Assembly: GCF_006345805.1 (NCBI RefSeq)
Contig: NC_043004.1
Coordinates: forward strand, 868,001-932,000
Direction: 5' to 3'
Source of the DNA: Octopus sinensis
Lineage: Eukaryota
Length of the DNA: 64,000 nucleotides
The position numbers and the translations under genes were made by a program. Under the pieces are notes generated by a model. It was not told the origin of the DNA and did no database searches. It saw nothing but the letters and a program-made list of their open reading frames with translations. Positions 52,986-64,000 of this stretch are shown piece by piece. Within the stretch, counting starts at the first letter, position 1. Every line of letters begins with the position of its first letter.

Positions 52986-53391
52986 CAGTTTTAACGTTCT
53001 AGCTAACTTCCGCTGTTTACATCATTGGTTTGGAAGGAAGGTGTGTAGCGTATGATCGTCGCACTGACTATGACAGAGAAAGTTGTCATGGTGATACCTG
53101 CTCAGAGACCTATGCGATGTTGTAGAAAGCGTATGGAGAGGAGTGTATGGGCCGCACACAAGTGTAGGAGTGGTTCAGACGTTTCCGAGATGGACGAGAA
53201 AATGTCGATAGTGACTAACGTTCTGGGAGACCCGTAACCAGCAAAAACAGAAAAACATCGCTGATGTTCGTGCAGAGTGAGAGGAAATGGACGAATCGCC
53301 ATCCGTGAGTTATCAGAGGATGTCCAAATTACTTACGGTTCAGTCCATTATCACTGAAGATTTGGGTATGAAACGCATGTTTGCCAAATTT
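52986..53391 (+). mobile_element. Mariner 5' remnant (transposase N-terminus)
   Basis: KAYGEECMGRTQV*EWFRRFRDGRE...IRELSED...EDLGMKR; same family as 54720-55170. Confidence 0.75.
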
Positions 53392-54715
53392 GCTTTCTAT
53401 TGGTGGTTTTACTCGAAGGAGATATTTGCGAAGTGTTGTATTACTTTTGAATAATGTCCTGATGTCATATGGGCCGCATATGACATCATGTATGTAGTTT
53501 CTACACATAAGGCCAACATTTCCATCAAGTTTCTTATTAGTATACTCTGGCCCCACCAGGAAGATGTCCAAGTGCTGTTAGATCATGTGAAGTCAATAAA
53601 GCCATCCATACAGTTCACAATGGAAAAGGAAAAAGACAATCAGCTAGCATTCCTGGACGTATTAATAGCACGCACCAAGTATGAATTCAGGACGTCCGTA
53701 TACCTCAAGCCGATTTTCGCTGGACGATACCTTAACTTCAATACCCACTATCCATAGGGAATAAAGAGAGGGATTGCTCAGTGCTAAAAATATCGAGCAA
53801 AGAATATAAGTAGTGATCGTGATACACACCACGAAGAAATGATCAAGTTCAATAACAATCTATTAAGCAACAGCTACCCCCCAAAACTACTATCCACTCC
53901 AATTATGAAGAAAAGAGAGGATGAAACCAATTAACTGTCCACAGTCTGTCTACGCTATGGGAAAGGCTTCTCCGAAAAGACACAAAAGATATGCGGCCCA
54001 TACGACATCAGGACACTATTCTAATAGAAGAGAATATGTCCAAAGATTGCATGTATTCCATCCCATGCTGCTGTGGTAGGTTATACAAAGGCGAAACATG
54101 CCGCCTCCTCAAAATAAGGGTTGACGAACATCGCAAAGCTGTGACACGAGGAGATATTGATAAATCGGTTATAGTTGATCAAGTATGTAAAAATGGGGAC
54201 CCACCTCCGTGGGATGAAATTAAAATAACAGACAGCGAACACCACAGGAAGATACGAAAACTAAAAGAAGCAGCACATATGCTAGGACACAACAACCTCC
54301 TAAGCAGACCGAGTGCAGATATGAGTAGCATATGGGAACCGGTATTAAGGAAGGATAGGAAAATATTAGATTTATAAGCCCTAAAATTCACTCCATAATT
54401 GCCTTTGGGCATATGGCGTAGTGGTTAAGAGCGCGGGCTACTAAGCCACAAGATTCTGACTTCGATTCCAAGCAGTAACCTGAATAATAATAATAATAAT
54501 AATGATAATAATAATAACAAGAACAACAACAACATCGAAAAATACCTTAGGAATGAGAAACCAGGTCAGAAATTTCCCCATGACACCTAATGAAGGCTGT
54601 AGGGTATATCAGCCAAAACGTTGTGTTAACAACAAACAAGATGGCGACAAATATCCGTCAAATGTAAATAATGTAAAATGTACATTTTCCTCATCTCTTA
54701 AATATAGAACTGCAT
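53392..54715 (+). mobile_element. Penelope-like retroelement 3' fragment (RT C-terminus, GIY-YIG endonuclease, 3' tail)
   Basis: FTMEKEKDNQLAFLDVLI...GRYLNF (PLE RT thumb); MYSIPCCCGRLYKGETCRLLKIRVDEH...KLKEAAHM (GIY-YIG); frameshifts and stops; tail carries a tRNA-like segment and a decayed HHR. Confidence 0.9.
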
Positions 54716-54719
54716 CCCT

Positions 54720-55170
54720 TGATTGAGTCGAGAACGATGAAAACTTTGCGTAGGCCTCTGAGCAGGTATCGCTAAGCTTTTGGTAAAATTTAATACAGAT
54801 TCTCTGTTCAATTTTCTCTGTCATAGGCAATGCGACAATCACACACTACACACGTTCCTTCCAAGCACTGATGTAAAGAGCGGAAGTGAGCTAGAACGTT
54901 AAAACTTAGTGCACATGTAGAGCAGAGTCGAAGGTCAATCTGTGCCGAGTAGCTTTACACTGCGTGCTTCAGCTTCGTTACTATGGCAAGAGTCCGGATA
55001 CTTGTTGATGAGACCACGTATGCAAACAAAGTTTCGTGAACGATGTATTTTACATGAGTACGACGTTTATTCTCATTAGAGTTAATGGTTGCAGGCCTGA
55101 AGCAGCTGAAATGAAAAGATTTGCGAAAAAAATCCATCTGAATTATGGATTGTTGGGCACAAGCATACAA
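54720..55170 (-). mobile_element. Mariner 5' remnant, same family as 52986-53391 in opposite orientation
   Basis: MTEKIEQRICIKF...TCSEAYAK; shared TTTTAACGTTCTAGCT...CTTCCGCT 5' sequence. Confidence 0.7.
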
Positions 55171-55321
55171 TGGTGCATAGTCGGGTAAAATCGGATATTT
55201 ATGAAATTACAAAAATAGTATTTAAAGAGTAGTTTTAAGCAAGGTACCTACTTAATATTAGTTCTGAATGTATTAAAAATTTACATTATAGACATACATA
55301 TACATAAGCACTGACATAAAT

Positions 55322-55353
<32 letters not shown>

Positions 55354-55654
55354 ACACACACACACACACACACATGCAGTAAAAGATAAGAAGATGATTT
55401 AAATAGATCGAGGCAAATCAATAGCTCAGTAATGGTTTGACAAAAAACGAAAAACAAATCGGAGAACTCAAATAAACTATTCGAATTAGGGGCCAATTTC
55501 CTTAATATCCAATATTTCGCAAATTCAAAAGCATATCAATCGACCTACCCACCTACCTACCTACCTACCTACCTACCTATATATGTGTTTATGTATGTAT
55601 GTATGTATGTATGTATGTATGTATCTATCTATCTATCTAATTTCTTTTTTTTTC

Positions 55655-56163
55655 TTTATTGCCCACAAGGGGCTAAACATAAAGGGGACAAACAAGGACA
55701 AACAAACCTCGGCGGAATTTGAACTCAGAACGTAGCGACAGACGAAATACCTATTTCTTTTACTACCCACAAGGGGCTAAACACAGAGAGGACAAACAAG
55801 GACTATCAAACGGATTAAGTCGATTATATCGACCCAAGTGTGTAACTGGTACTTAATTTATCGACCCCGAAAGGATGAAAGGCAAAGTCCAACCGGCGGA
55901 ATTTGAATTGAGAACATAACGGCAGACGAAATACGTATTTCTTTACTACCCACAAGGGGCAAACACAGAGGGGACAAAGAGGACAGACAAACAGATTAAG
56001 TCGATTACATCGATCCCAGTGCGGAACTGGTACTTATTTAATCGACGACCCCGAAGGATGAAGGCAAAGTCGACCTCGGCGGAATTTGAACTCAGAACGT
56101 AACGGGAGACGAATACGGCTACGCATTTCGCCCGGCGCGCTAACGTCTCTGCCAGCTCGCCCT
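55655..56163 (-). mobile_element. SINE family 2 copy with tandemly repeated body modules and CpGs intact
   Basis: Head at 56163 followed by repeated core/tail modules. Confidence 0.85.
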
Positions 56164-56165
56164 AG

Positions 56166-56205
<40 letters not shown>

Positions 56206-56287
56206 ATCTCTCTATCTATCTATCTATCTATCTATCTGTCTGTCCTGGCTGTCGTCTGTCTGTCTGTCTGTCAGTTCGTCCGTCCAC

Positions 56288-56346
<59 letters not shown>

Positions 56347-56479
56347 GCTGTCTTAGGTGCAATCCTGCATAGATCCATGTGGGTTAAATTCCTGATATAG
56401 TAGACAACCCCCCCCCAAAAAAAGACGCGAACGTATCAAAGTTCAATAACAGTTATTGAACGTTGGTATGTTCGCAAGT

Positions 56480-56963
56480 GAGTGTCCTGTTTTTGCTCTT
56501 TCCAAACATCATTTCTCTCTCCTACTTTAATTTCTGTCGGTGGGACGTATAGTGATTCGCTTGTTTGCATCAATAGACTTCATGACATGACTGATGGTCT
56601 TCCGTAAACCGGTTGTCTTATTTCTGTCTTCAAAACCCATGATGGTACTTTCTTTGTTATTTCGGTTTTGTTTACCTTTTGAATATCATTCATGTACTAT
56701 TTTACAGTAGAAGCCAAAGCATATAGACAGGCGTTAATCTGTCAGAATGTGGCTTCATCACAATGTTGTAAATACTTATCACCAATTTCGTTAACAGCTT
56801 TTAATACCGTATCTGCTGGTTTTTTTTTACTTACTTTGGTAGAGAATACTCTCTCCTCGGGAGAGTCCTTCAAAGACAAAGTTATTTTTTCTCGGAAAAT
56901 TTCAGCAAGGGCATATTTCACCGGCATTTAATCCTGTCTACCACCACCACCACCACCACCACC

Positions 56964-57021
<58 letters not shown>

Positions 57022-57450
57022 TGATCGTTGCGGTTGTGCCTGCTAATTACCATTACCATAGTCGTAGTTGGGGGACAATGGTCTGTTAGTTGAACCAGTA
57101 ATGTAGTTTGGCTGGCAGGCATTATTGAATCTGATGGGATATCACAAGCAGCGAAACCACGAGGTGGTCTTATATCATCCACGTTTTCATTTTTGCTTAT
57201 AGAGTTGGGAAGAAGGTTAATTTTCGAAGTTACAGTTACTAACCTTTCTATGTGCTACAAATGTCGTTTGTTGGCGTAGTTGTTTCGCAGTAAAATTATT
57301 TAATTCCGGATGCAGATCGTCCTAATATGATTTCAATCGATTCGTATACTCAGCAGCGGGGTTTTGTTTCGCTTTTGCGTAGCAGTTAAAATAGATCAGT
57401 ATTCAATTCATAACTCCAAGAGAAATCAGCTTTGTTATTACGCTTTCTTC
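56480..57450 (-). mobile_element. Degenerate N-terminal fragment of a probable RLE-type LINE, split by an (ACC)n(ACT)n tract
   Basis: YTNRLKSY*DDLHPELNNFTAKQLRQQ and INACLYALASTVK...KKVPSWV resemble R4-like ORF N-termini. Confidence 0.45.
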
Positions 57451-57835
57451 TATTACAACAGCTAGAAAGAATCTGTTTATCCGTTGAGCTTTTGTTTTCG
57501 TTCTGTTCCTCGATTGTGTTATTGATGTTGTGTCCAGTCATGTTGTTTGTAGTAACTCTCTGCATGCTAAGTTCAAGTTTCAGTCGAAAATCACTACGAT
57601 CGTGAATAAAAAGCTCCCTCAGTTAATTCATCTAAAGATTAACCAAGGATGATAGCTGTGGCTCCAAAGCTGGAGATATTATTCATCGTGTTTTCGATAG
57701 TATTTCATGCCAAATACGAGACTTGTCGCTTCTTATGTATATATGTATGTATGTATGTATGTATGTTGAAATATTTCGTATCATGTCAAAATATCCTTAA
57801 TTTATTTTTAAACCATAACCCAATAAATCCCCGGA

Positions 57836-59066
57836 TCTTTTCTAAAAGATGGACAGAATTTTCTACTTAACTAAATAATTTGAAACTTCGTATACTGGTA
57901 GAATGTGTCGAAAGAAAACATTAATTTCAATTAGTTTTTTTGAGAAAAATGTATTTTGTAACTTTTACGTAGTTTAATTCTTCGAATTTTAACCAATCGT
58001 ATTCTCTGTTTTGAGCTCAATTCATTTGATGCCGTGTTATTCGTCCTTATCACTGTCTTCTGTTTTCTGTCTTCAAAGGCTTCTCGCTTGTTTATTTCAA
58101 TGTCATCCCTGACTTACGGAACGATTACCTGTGTGTGTGTGTTTTTGTTGTGTATGTGTGTGCGTGTGTGTGCTTCTTGTGTGTGTGTGTTATTGTTGTG
58201 TATGTGTGTGTGTGTGTTTTGTTGTGTGTGTGCGTGTGCGTGTGTTATTGTTGTGTATGTGTGTGTGTGTTTTTTTGTTGTGTATGTGTGCGTGTGTGTG
58301 TGTTTTTGTTGTGTATGTGTGTGTGTGTGTCTTTTTGTTGTGTAGGTGTGTGTGTGTGTGTTTTGTTGTGTATGTGTGCGTGTGTTGTGTATCTCTTAAA
58401 TCGATGAATTTCGTCGCCCAATAAAAATATTAACGAATATTTTTGAACTTTGATATCGTTATATTTTTTTTGGGCGACGAAATTCATCGATTTAAGAGAT
58501 ACACAACACACGCACACATACACAACAAAAAAAACACACACCAAATACACAACAAAAAGAAACACACACACACACGCACACATACACAACAATAACACAC
58601 ACACACATACACAACAATAACACACACACACAACAAACACACACACGCACACACATACACAACAATAACACACACATACACACAACAAACACACACACGC
58701 ACACACATACACAACAATAACACACACACACACAACAAGCACACACATACACAACAAAAACACACACACACAGGTAATCGTTCTGTAAGTCAAGGATGAC
58801 ATTGAAATAAACATGCGAGAAGCCTTTGAAGACAGAAAACAGAAGACAGTGATAAGGACGAATAACACGGCATCAAATGAATTGAGCTCAAAACAGAGAA
58901 TACGATTGGTTAAAATTCGAAGAATTAAACTACGTAAAAGTTACAAAATATATTTTTCTCAAAAAAACTAATTGAAATTAATGTTTTCTTTTGACACATT
59001 CTACCAGTATACGAAGTTTCAAATTATTTAGTTAAGTAGAAAATTCTGTCCATCTTTTAGAAAAGA
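57836..59066. repeat. Long fold-back: ~590-bp arms with a 48-bp spacer
   Basis: 57836-58421 is reverse-complementary to 58470-59066, including an internal GT-rich microsatellite. Confidence 0.9.
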
Positions 59067-59799
59067 CCCAAATCCCCTACTATAAATCCCCTAACTCTAA
59101 CTTCCACTCATAAATAATATAACATTCAACTAGCTCTTCCATCCTTGACTAACTATATACCCACGACCCCGTTGCTAAAAATAACTCTACATCCACTGAC
59201 CTTAACCAAAACACAAAAAGTTACTGCTAAATTTTCTCTCCAACAACTTAAGACTTTAAGACTACCAGACATCTACCTCTCTCTCTCAATTCTTTTTATT
59301 TTGCTGTATCTTTTTACCCTATCTTCCTCTATCTCCTCATCCTCTCTCTTATCTTCCCGGCTGCTCCGTACACAATTCTTAGACACCATGCGCCTATACA
59401 CTTTACTTTATTCAAAGGCCAATCCTACCCTCTCACTCTATCTACCTCTCTATTTCTTTTCTTTCCTTTTACCACTTAATAACCACCGTCGCTACCATTC
59501 TGTTATTGAATATTGATATGTTCGCGTCATTTTTTCTTGGGATGTCTACTATATCAGGAATTCAACCCACCTGGATATACGCAAGATCGCACCCAAGAAC
59601 TTACGCTCATAGATCTACGCAGGATTGCACCTAAGGACTCATGCTCTGGTTTCTTCTATAACTTCGGAAAGTTGAACTATGAACTTTCATGCTTCCTTTT
59701 TCTTCTCTCTTTCTGTCTCCATATTCTTTGACTCCATTCCACTATGTCGTCATCTCATTAATTTATACCATTCTCATTTTCCTTATTTTTTTCTATTTC

Positions 59800-59856
59800 T
59801 CTCTGATGATGGAATAATATCCCATACACGGGGATATCCCTGAAACAGCTGTAAGA
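59800..59856 (+). ncRNA. Hammerhead-like motif in a pyrimidine-rich PLE-terminus-like segment (~59100-59950)
   Basis: TCT-CTGATGA...ATATCCC/GGGATAT hairpin...GAAA-CAGCT-GTA-AGA; palindromic ACAGCTGT stem III. Confidence 0.6.
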
Positions 59857-60239
59857 TTTTGAATTTCTTCCTATAATAATATTGTATGTTACTTGAGATG
59901 TTTACTTTGCCTTAATGTTTGTTGTCCTGTTTACATTATATCTGCTGCATCGAAAATCCGCAATGGCTCAATAACTACCGTTTCGTCTATAACCTTGGAC
60001 CCCTAGTAATCCGTTACAGTACTTACCTAGCGTATCTAATCGTTTAGATCACCTGCGAACTAAACCCCCATATTTTGTGTGTGTACACACACACCACACA
60101 CACACACACACTGACACACACACACACACACACACAGACACACACACACAGACACACAGACAGACAGACAGACAGACACACACACAGACACACACACACA
60201 CACATTGAGAAAAAAGACATCAGAATTTGGGGAAAAGAT

Positions 60240-60459
60240 TTTTATTTCTTTATTATTATTAGCGCTTTCGTTCCTTTTCCGAATTTTTCAAATAAAATTT
60301 TGTGAATGTACAAAGAGCTTGTTCATTTATATAAAACAGATGTTTTTTTTTTGGGTGGGGGGGTTATATAGATGAACAAGCTGTTTGTACATTCACAAAA
60401 TTTCATTTGACAAGTTTGAGAAAGGAACGAAAGCGCTATTAATAATGGAGAAATAAAAA
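60240..60459. mobile_element. MITE with ~95-bp TIRs
   Basis: TAGCGCTTTCGTTCCTTT...AAATTTTGTGAATGTACAAA...GCTTGTTCAT mirrored at the right end. Confidence 0.75.
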
Positions 60460-60664
60460 GATGTTTCCTGGGGCTAAATAACAGTAGCATTCTTCCCTTT
60501 CATGGGCTGTCACATTAAGTTGGCAACAAACCATTACTTTATCGTGCTGTTACTGTATAACTCCCTTCGAGAGATTTAGAAATGTAATATTTCTAATAAA
60601 AAGATGTTTTTTCCAAAATTCTGACGACTTATTTTCTCAATATCCAATTTCTGTACATAACACC

Positions 60665-60711
<47 letters not shown>

Positions 60712-60776
60712 TACATACATACATACATACACACACACACTCTCTCTCTCTCTCCCTCTCTCTCTATACATATATA

Positions 60777-62057
60777 TTGGGTTGTCCGGAAAGTTCTTGC
60801 CTTTCGAATTATTTTAGAACATGGTTGAGTCCATAAAATACACCTCCTTTGACTACACCTCCATTTAGAACACAGTTTAAGCTATCTTTTCGTGGAAGAA
60901 GATTTATGTTCCTATAACCTGCGTTAATTCTGTAACCCTTTAAAATGGAAGATAAGAAAGTTCATTTTCGGCACTTGATGCTTTTCTTTTTCTGTAAAGG
61001 GAAAAATGCCTCACAAGCAACCAAAGAAATATGCGCAGTTTACGTTGATGTTTCTTTATCCGAAAGAACTGCACGCAAGTGGTTCGCAAGATTCCGAGCT
61101 GGAGAGTGTAGCCTTATTGATAAAGAGCGATCAGGCAGACCATCCACAACAGATGATGACCAAGAGAATAACCCTCATTGCACAACCCGAGAATTGGCAG
61201 AAAGCCTCAACCTATCAAATCCGTCGTTCCTGAGCACCTGGTAAAGCTTGGGTGCACAAATCGCTACGATGTTTGGGTACCACATGAGTTGAGTGAGAAG
61301 AAACTTTTGGATCACATTTCCATCTGTGATTCGCTTTATAAACGGAATGAAAACGCGCCTTTTTGAAAGCAAATTGTGACAGGTGATGAGAAATGGATTA
61401 TCTACCGAAAATGTTCAGAGAAAACGATCCTGAAGTAAGCGTAACCACCCCAAAAGCGGGTCTTCAACCTAAAATAGTCTTGCTTTGTGTCTGGTGGGAC
61501 TGGGAAGGAATTCTGTACTCTGAGCCTGTGTCTGGTGGGACTGGAAAGGAATTCTGTACTATGAGCTTCTCCCAAGTAACCAGACAATTAATTCTGAGAA
61601 ATACTGCACACAACCGGACAAGTTTAAAGCACCAATTCAAGTGAAACGTCCAGAATTGGCCAACAGGAAGGGTGTTGTTTTCCAACATGATAATGCAAGA
61701 CAGCACGTTTCTTTGGGAACCAGAAAAACATTGCTGCAGCTCGGCTGGGATGTGTTACCCCATCCTCCATATTCACCAGTTATTGCTCCTTCGGATTTCC
61801 ACTTATTCTGGTCTCTGCAGAATAGTCTTAATGGTAAAACTTTCAATTCCTTGGATGATGTGAAAAGATACCTTGATGAATTATTTGCCATGAAACCACC
61901 TCAATTCTGGAAGAGGGTATTTTCAAGTTAAAGGAAAGATGGAGACGCATTGTGCAACAAAATGGCTCATATTTTGTTGATTAAAAAGGTAATGGCAAGA
62001 ATTTATTGACTTTTTTCTTTCCTTTAAAAATCGGCACGAACTTTCCGGACAACCCGA
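60777..62057 (+). mobile_element. Full-length degenerate mariner transposon
   Basis: 25-bp TIRs TTGGGTTGTCCGGAAAGTTCTTGCC, TA TSDs, 1281 bp; MEDKKVHFRH, TGDEKW, FQHDNAR and YSPVIAPSDFHLF motifs; frameshifts and a ~41-bp internal tandem duplication. Confidence 0.95.
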
Positions 62058-62071
62058 TATATATAAACACG

Positions 62072-62153
<82 letters not shown>

Positions 62154-62300
62154 CACACTTATACATATACATGCTGCACAAATGATATGTTAATGGGAAT
62201 GAAATACTTGTGCTGTACAATGACACTGTAAACCACAAATAATTAGAGACCAACGTGAAATGTGTTTTGGTCAAGAATAGAACGCATCATTCACGCGTTC

Positions 62301-63508
62301 ACATCATCATCATCATTGTTCGACCGTGGTCGAGACAATGGAATTTACCATGCTACGCCAGACTTCACGGTCCATCATGGCATTACGGAGGTCCTGTTGC
62401 TGGATGCCTGTATCCCTGGAGATTACATCAGGGTAGGAGAGTGTGCGCCCTCTGGTATTGCGAGTAGATGGCTTCCAGAGGAGAAGAGTAGAAATTACTT
62501 CTTTTTCAGCTCTACAATGTCCAGCAAACTGGACTCTCCTACCTTTCACAAGAGATGACACAGGTGGTAGTTTCCCATATATTTGCATTTTGGTTGGATG
62601 GCGCTTCCACGAGAGATTTTGAGCTCTCATAAGGAGGCGAGTGTAGGTTCCATCCAACCGCCTCTCAAGCTTCTTTGATAACGTCCAGGTTTCTGAGCCA
62701 TATAGTAGAATTGGTTCGACTGTGGCTTTGAATATTTCAAGTTTGAAGTCTCTACTTAGATTTGATGACCAAATCTTATGCATGTCATTACAGGTTGACC
62801 AGGCCATACCCTTTCTAGTTAGAAAGTCTTTTCCAGATGATGATATGTATGACCCAAGATACTTATAATCAGAAACCATATTTAAGGGCGCGTTGTTGAG
62901 AGTATGGATGATGCAATCACTGTTGGACAGGCACTTGTTTATGTATTCAGTTTTGGTCTCATTGAGGTAAAGACTTACACAATTTGAGGCTTGTTCAAGA
63001 GATTGTAAAAGAGACTGGGCATTGGAGAGAGAATCACTGATAAGAGCGATGTTGTCAGCAAAGTCAGTGTCTGTCAAGTACTCAGCTGGGTGTCTGGAAC
63101 TTCTTCTTGGTTTTATTTCAAAGCCCTTGCCAGAGATGGTATCAACTGACATACGTAGCACATAATCAACAACAATGATGAAAAGAAATGGGGCGAGTGT
63201 GTCTCCCTGCAGTATTCCGGCTTTGATTGAGAAAGATGATGTTTCTCCGTCAGGGGTTAAGCTGGTTGAAGACGTATCTGTGTAGAGGACCTTGATGGCA
63301 GAAATGATTTTGTCTGGTATCCCATAGAGCTTAAGGATTTCAAACATCTTGTACCTATCTACAGAATCGAACGCTTTAGAAAAGTCTACAAATACCATTG
63401 CAAGATCGCGATTAAATGCTTTTGATTCTTCAATAAGTCTGCGTAGGCATAGTATCTGGCTCAGCGTTGAGCGCCCATGTCTGAATCCATTTTGGTTCTT
63501 TCGGAGCA
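62301..63508 (-). mobile_element. 5'-truncated RTE-clade LINE (RT domain and 3' end)
   Basis: ~400-aa open frame: QNGFRHGRST, FVDFSKAFDSV, GILQGDTLAPFLF, FADN, YKYLGS; (GAT)n 3' tail. Confidence 0.92.
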
Positions 63509-63586
63509 CACACACACACACGTTCACACACACACACATTCACACACACACACGTTCACACACACACACGTTCACACACACACACG

Positions 63587-63651
<65 letters not shown>

Positions 63652-64000
63652 TCACCTTGTTCGATTTGTTTTCGTCACAACCTAATAATCTGCAATATTT
63701 CCGTGCGTCTGATCTGTTTTCGACAAGAAGAGCTGACCTTACTGAAAAGCAATAAGGTTCGACATTATCAATTCTGCCATCATATTTCACTGTTTAAAAA
63801 AAGGCGTATAAATAATCACATTCATACGTATGTCTGCATGTATGTATGTCTGTACCTACGTATTTATGTTTGTTTGTATGTATGTATGTATGTATGTATG
63901 TATGTATGTATGTATGTATGTATGTATGGTATGTATGTATGTATATATGTATGTATGGTATGTATGTATGTATGTATGTATGTATGTATGGTATGTATGT

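Overview
Eukaryotic, repeat-dense DNA, most likely from an octopus (inferred from the SINE families, the microsatellite load and a molluscan-type 5S sequence). One protein-coding gene is well supported: a + strand Keap1 orthologue (BTB-BACK-6xKelch) with five coding exons between 14495 and 25106. All joins are GT-AG and in phase, giving 1770 nt (589 aa) from the first ATG. The rest is introns or intergenic DNA filled with tRNA-derived SINEs, LINE fragments (RTE, CR1/L2-like, R4/Dong-like), mariner remnants, MITEs, a Helitron-like element, a Penelope-like element (PLE) and a 5S rRNA pseudogene. The most interesting signal is an unusually dense set of type I hammerhead ribozyme (HHR) motifs from several unrelated families. 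Two ORF-less units (~480 bp and ~595 bp) each carry a complete hammerhead and sit in tandem-plus-inverted arrays inside (TA)n. One array is flanked by an apparent ~14-bp target-site duplication. These look like retrozyme-like or PLE-mobilised self-cleaving RNA elements. All structures were folded and aligned by eye and no searches were run. Boundaries of degenerate repeats are approximate.
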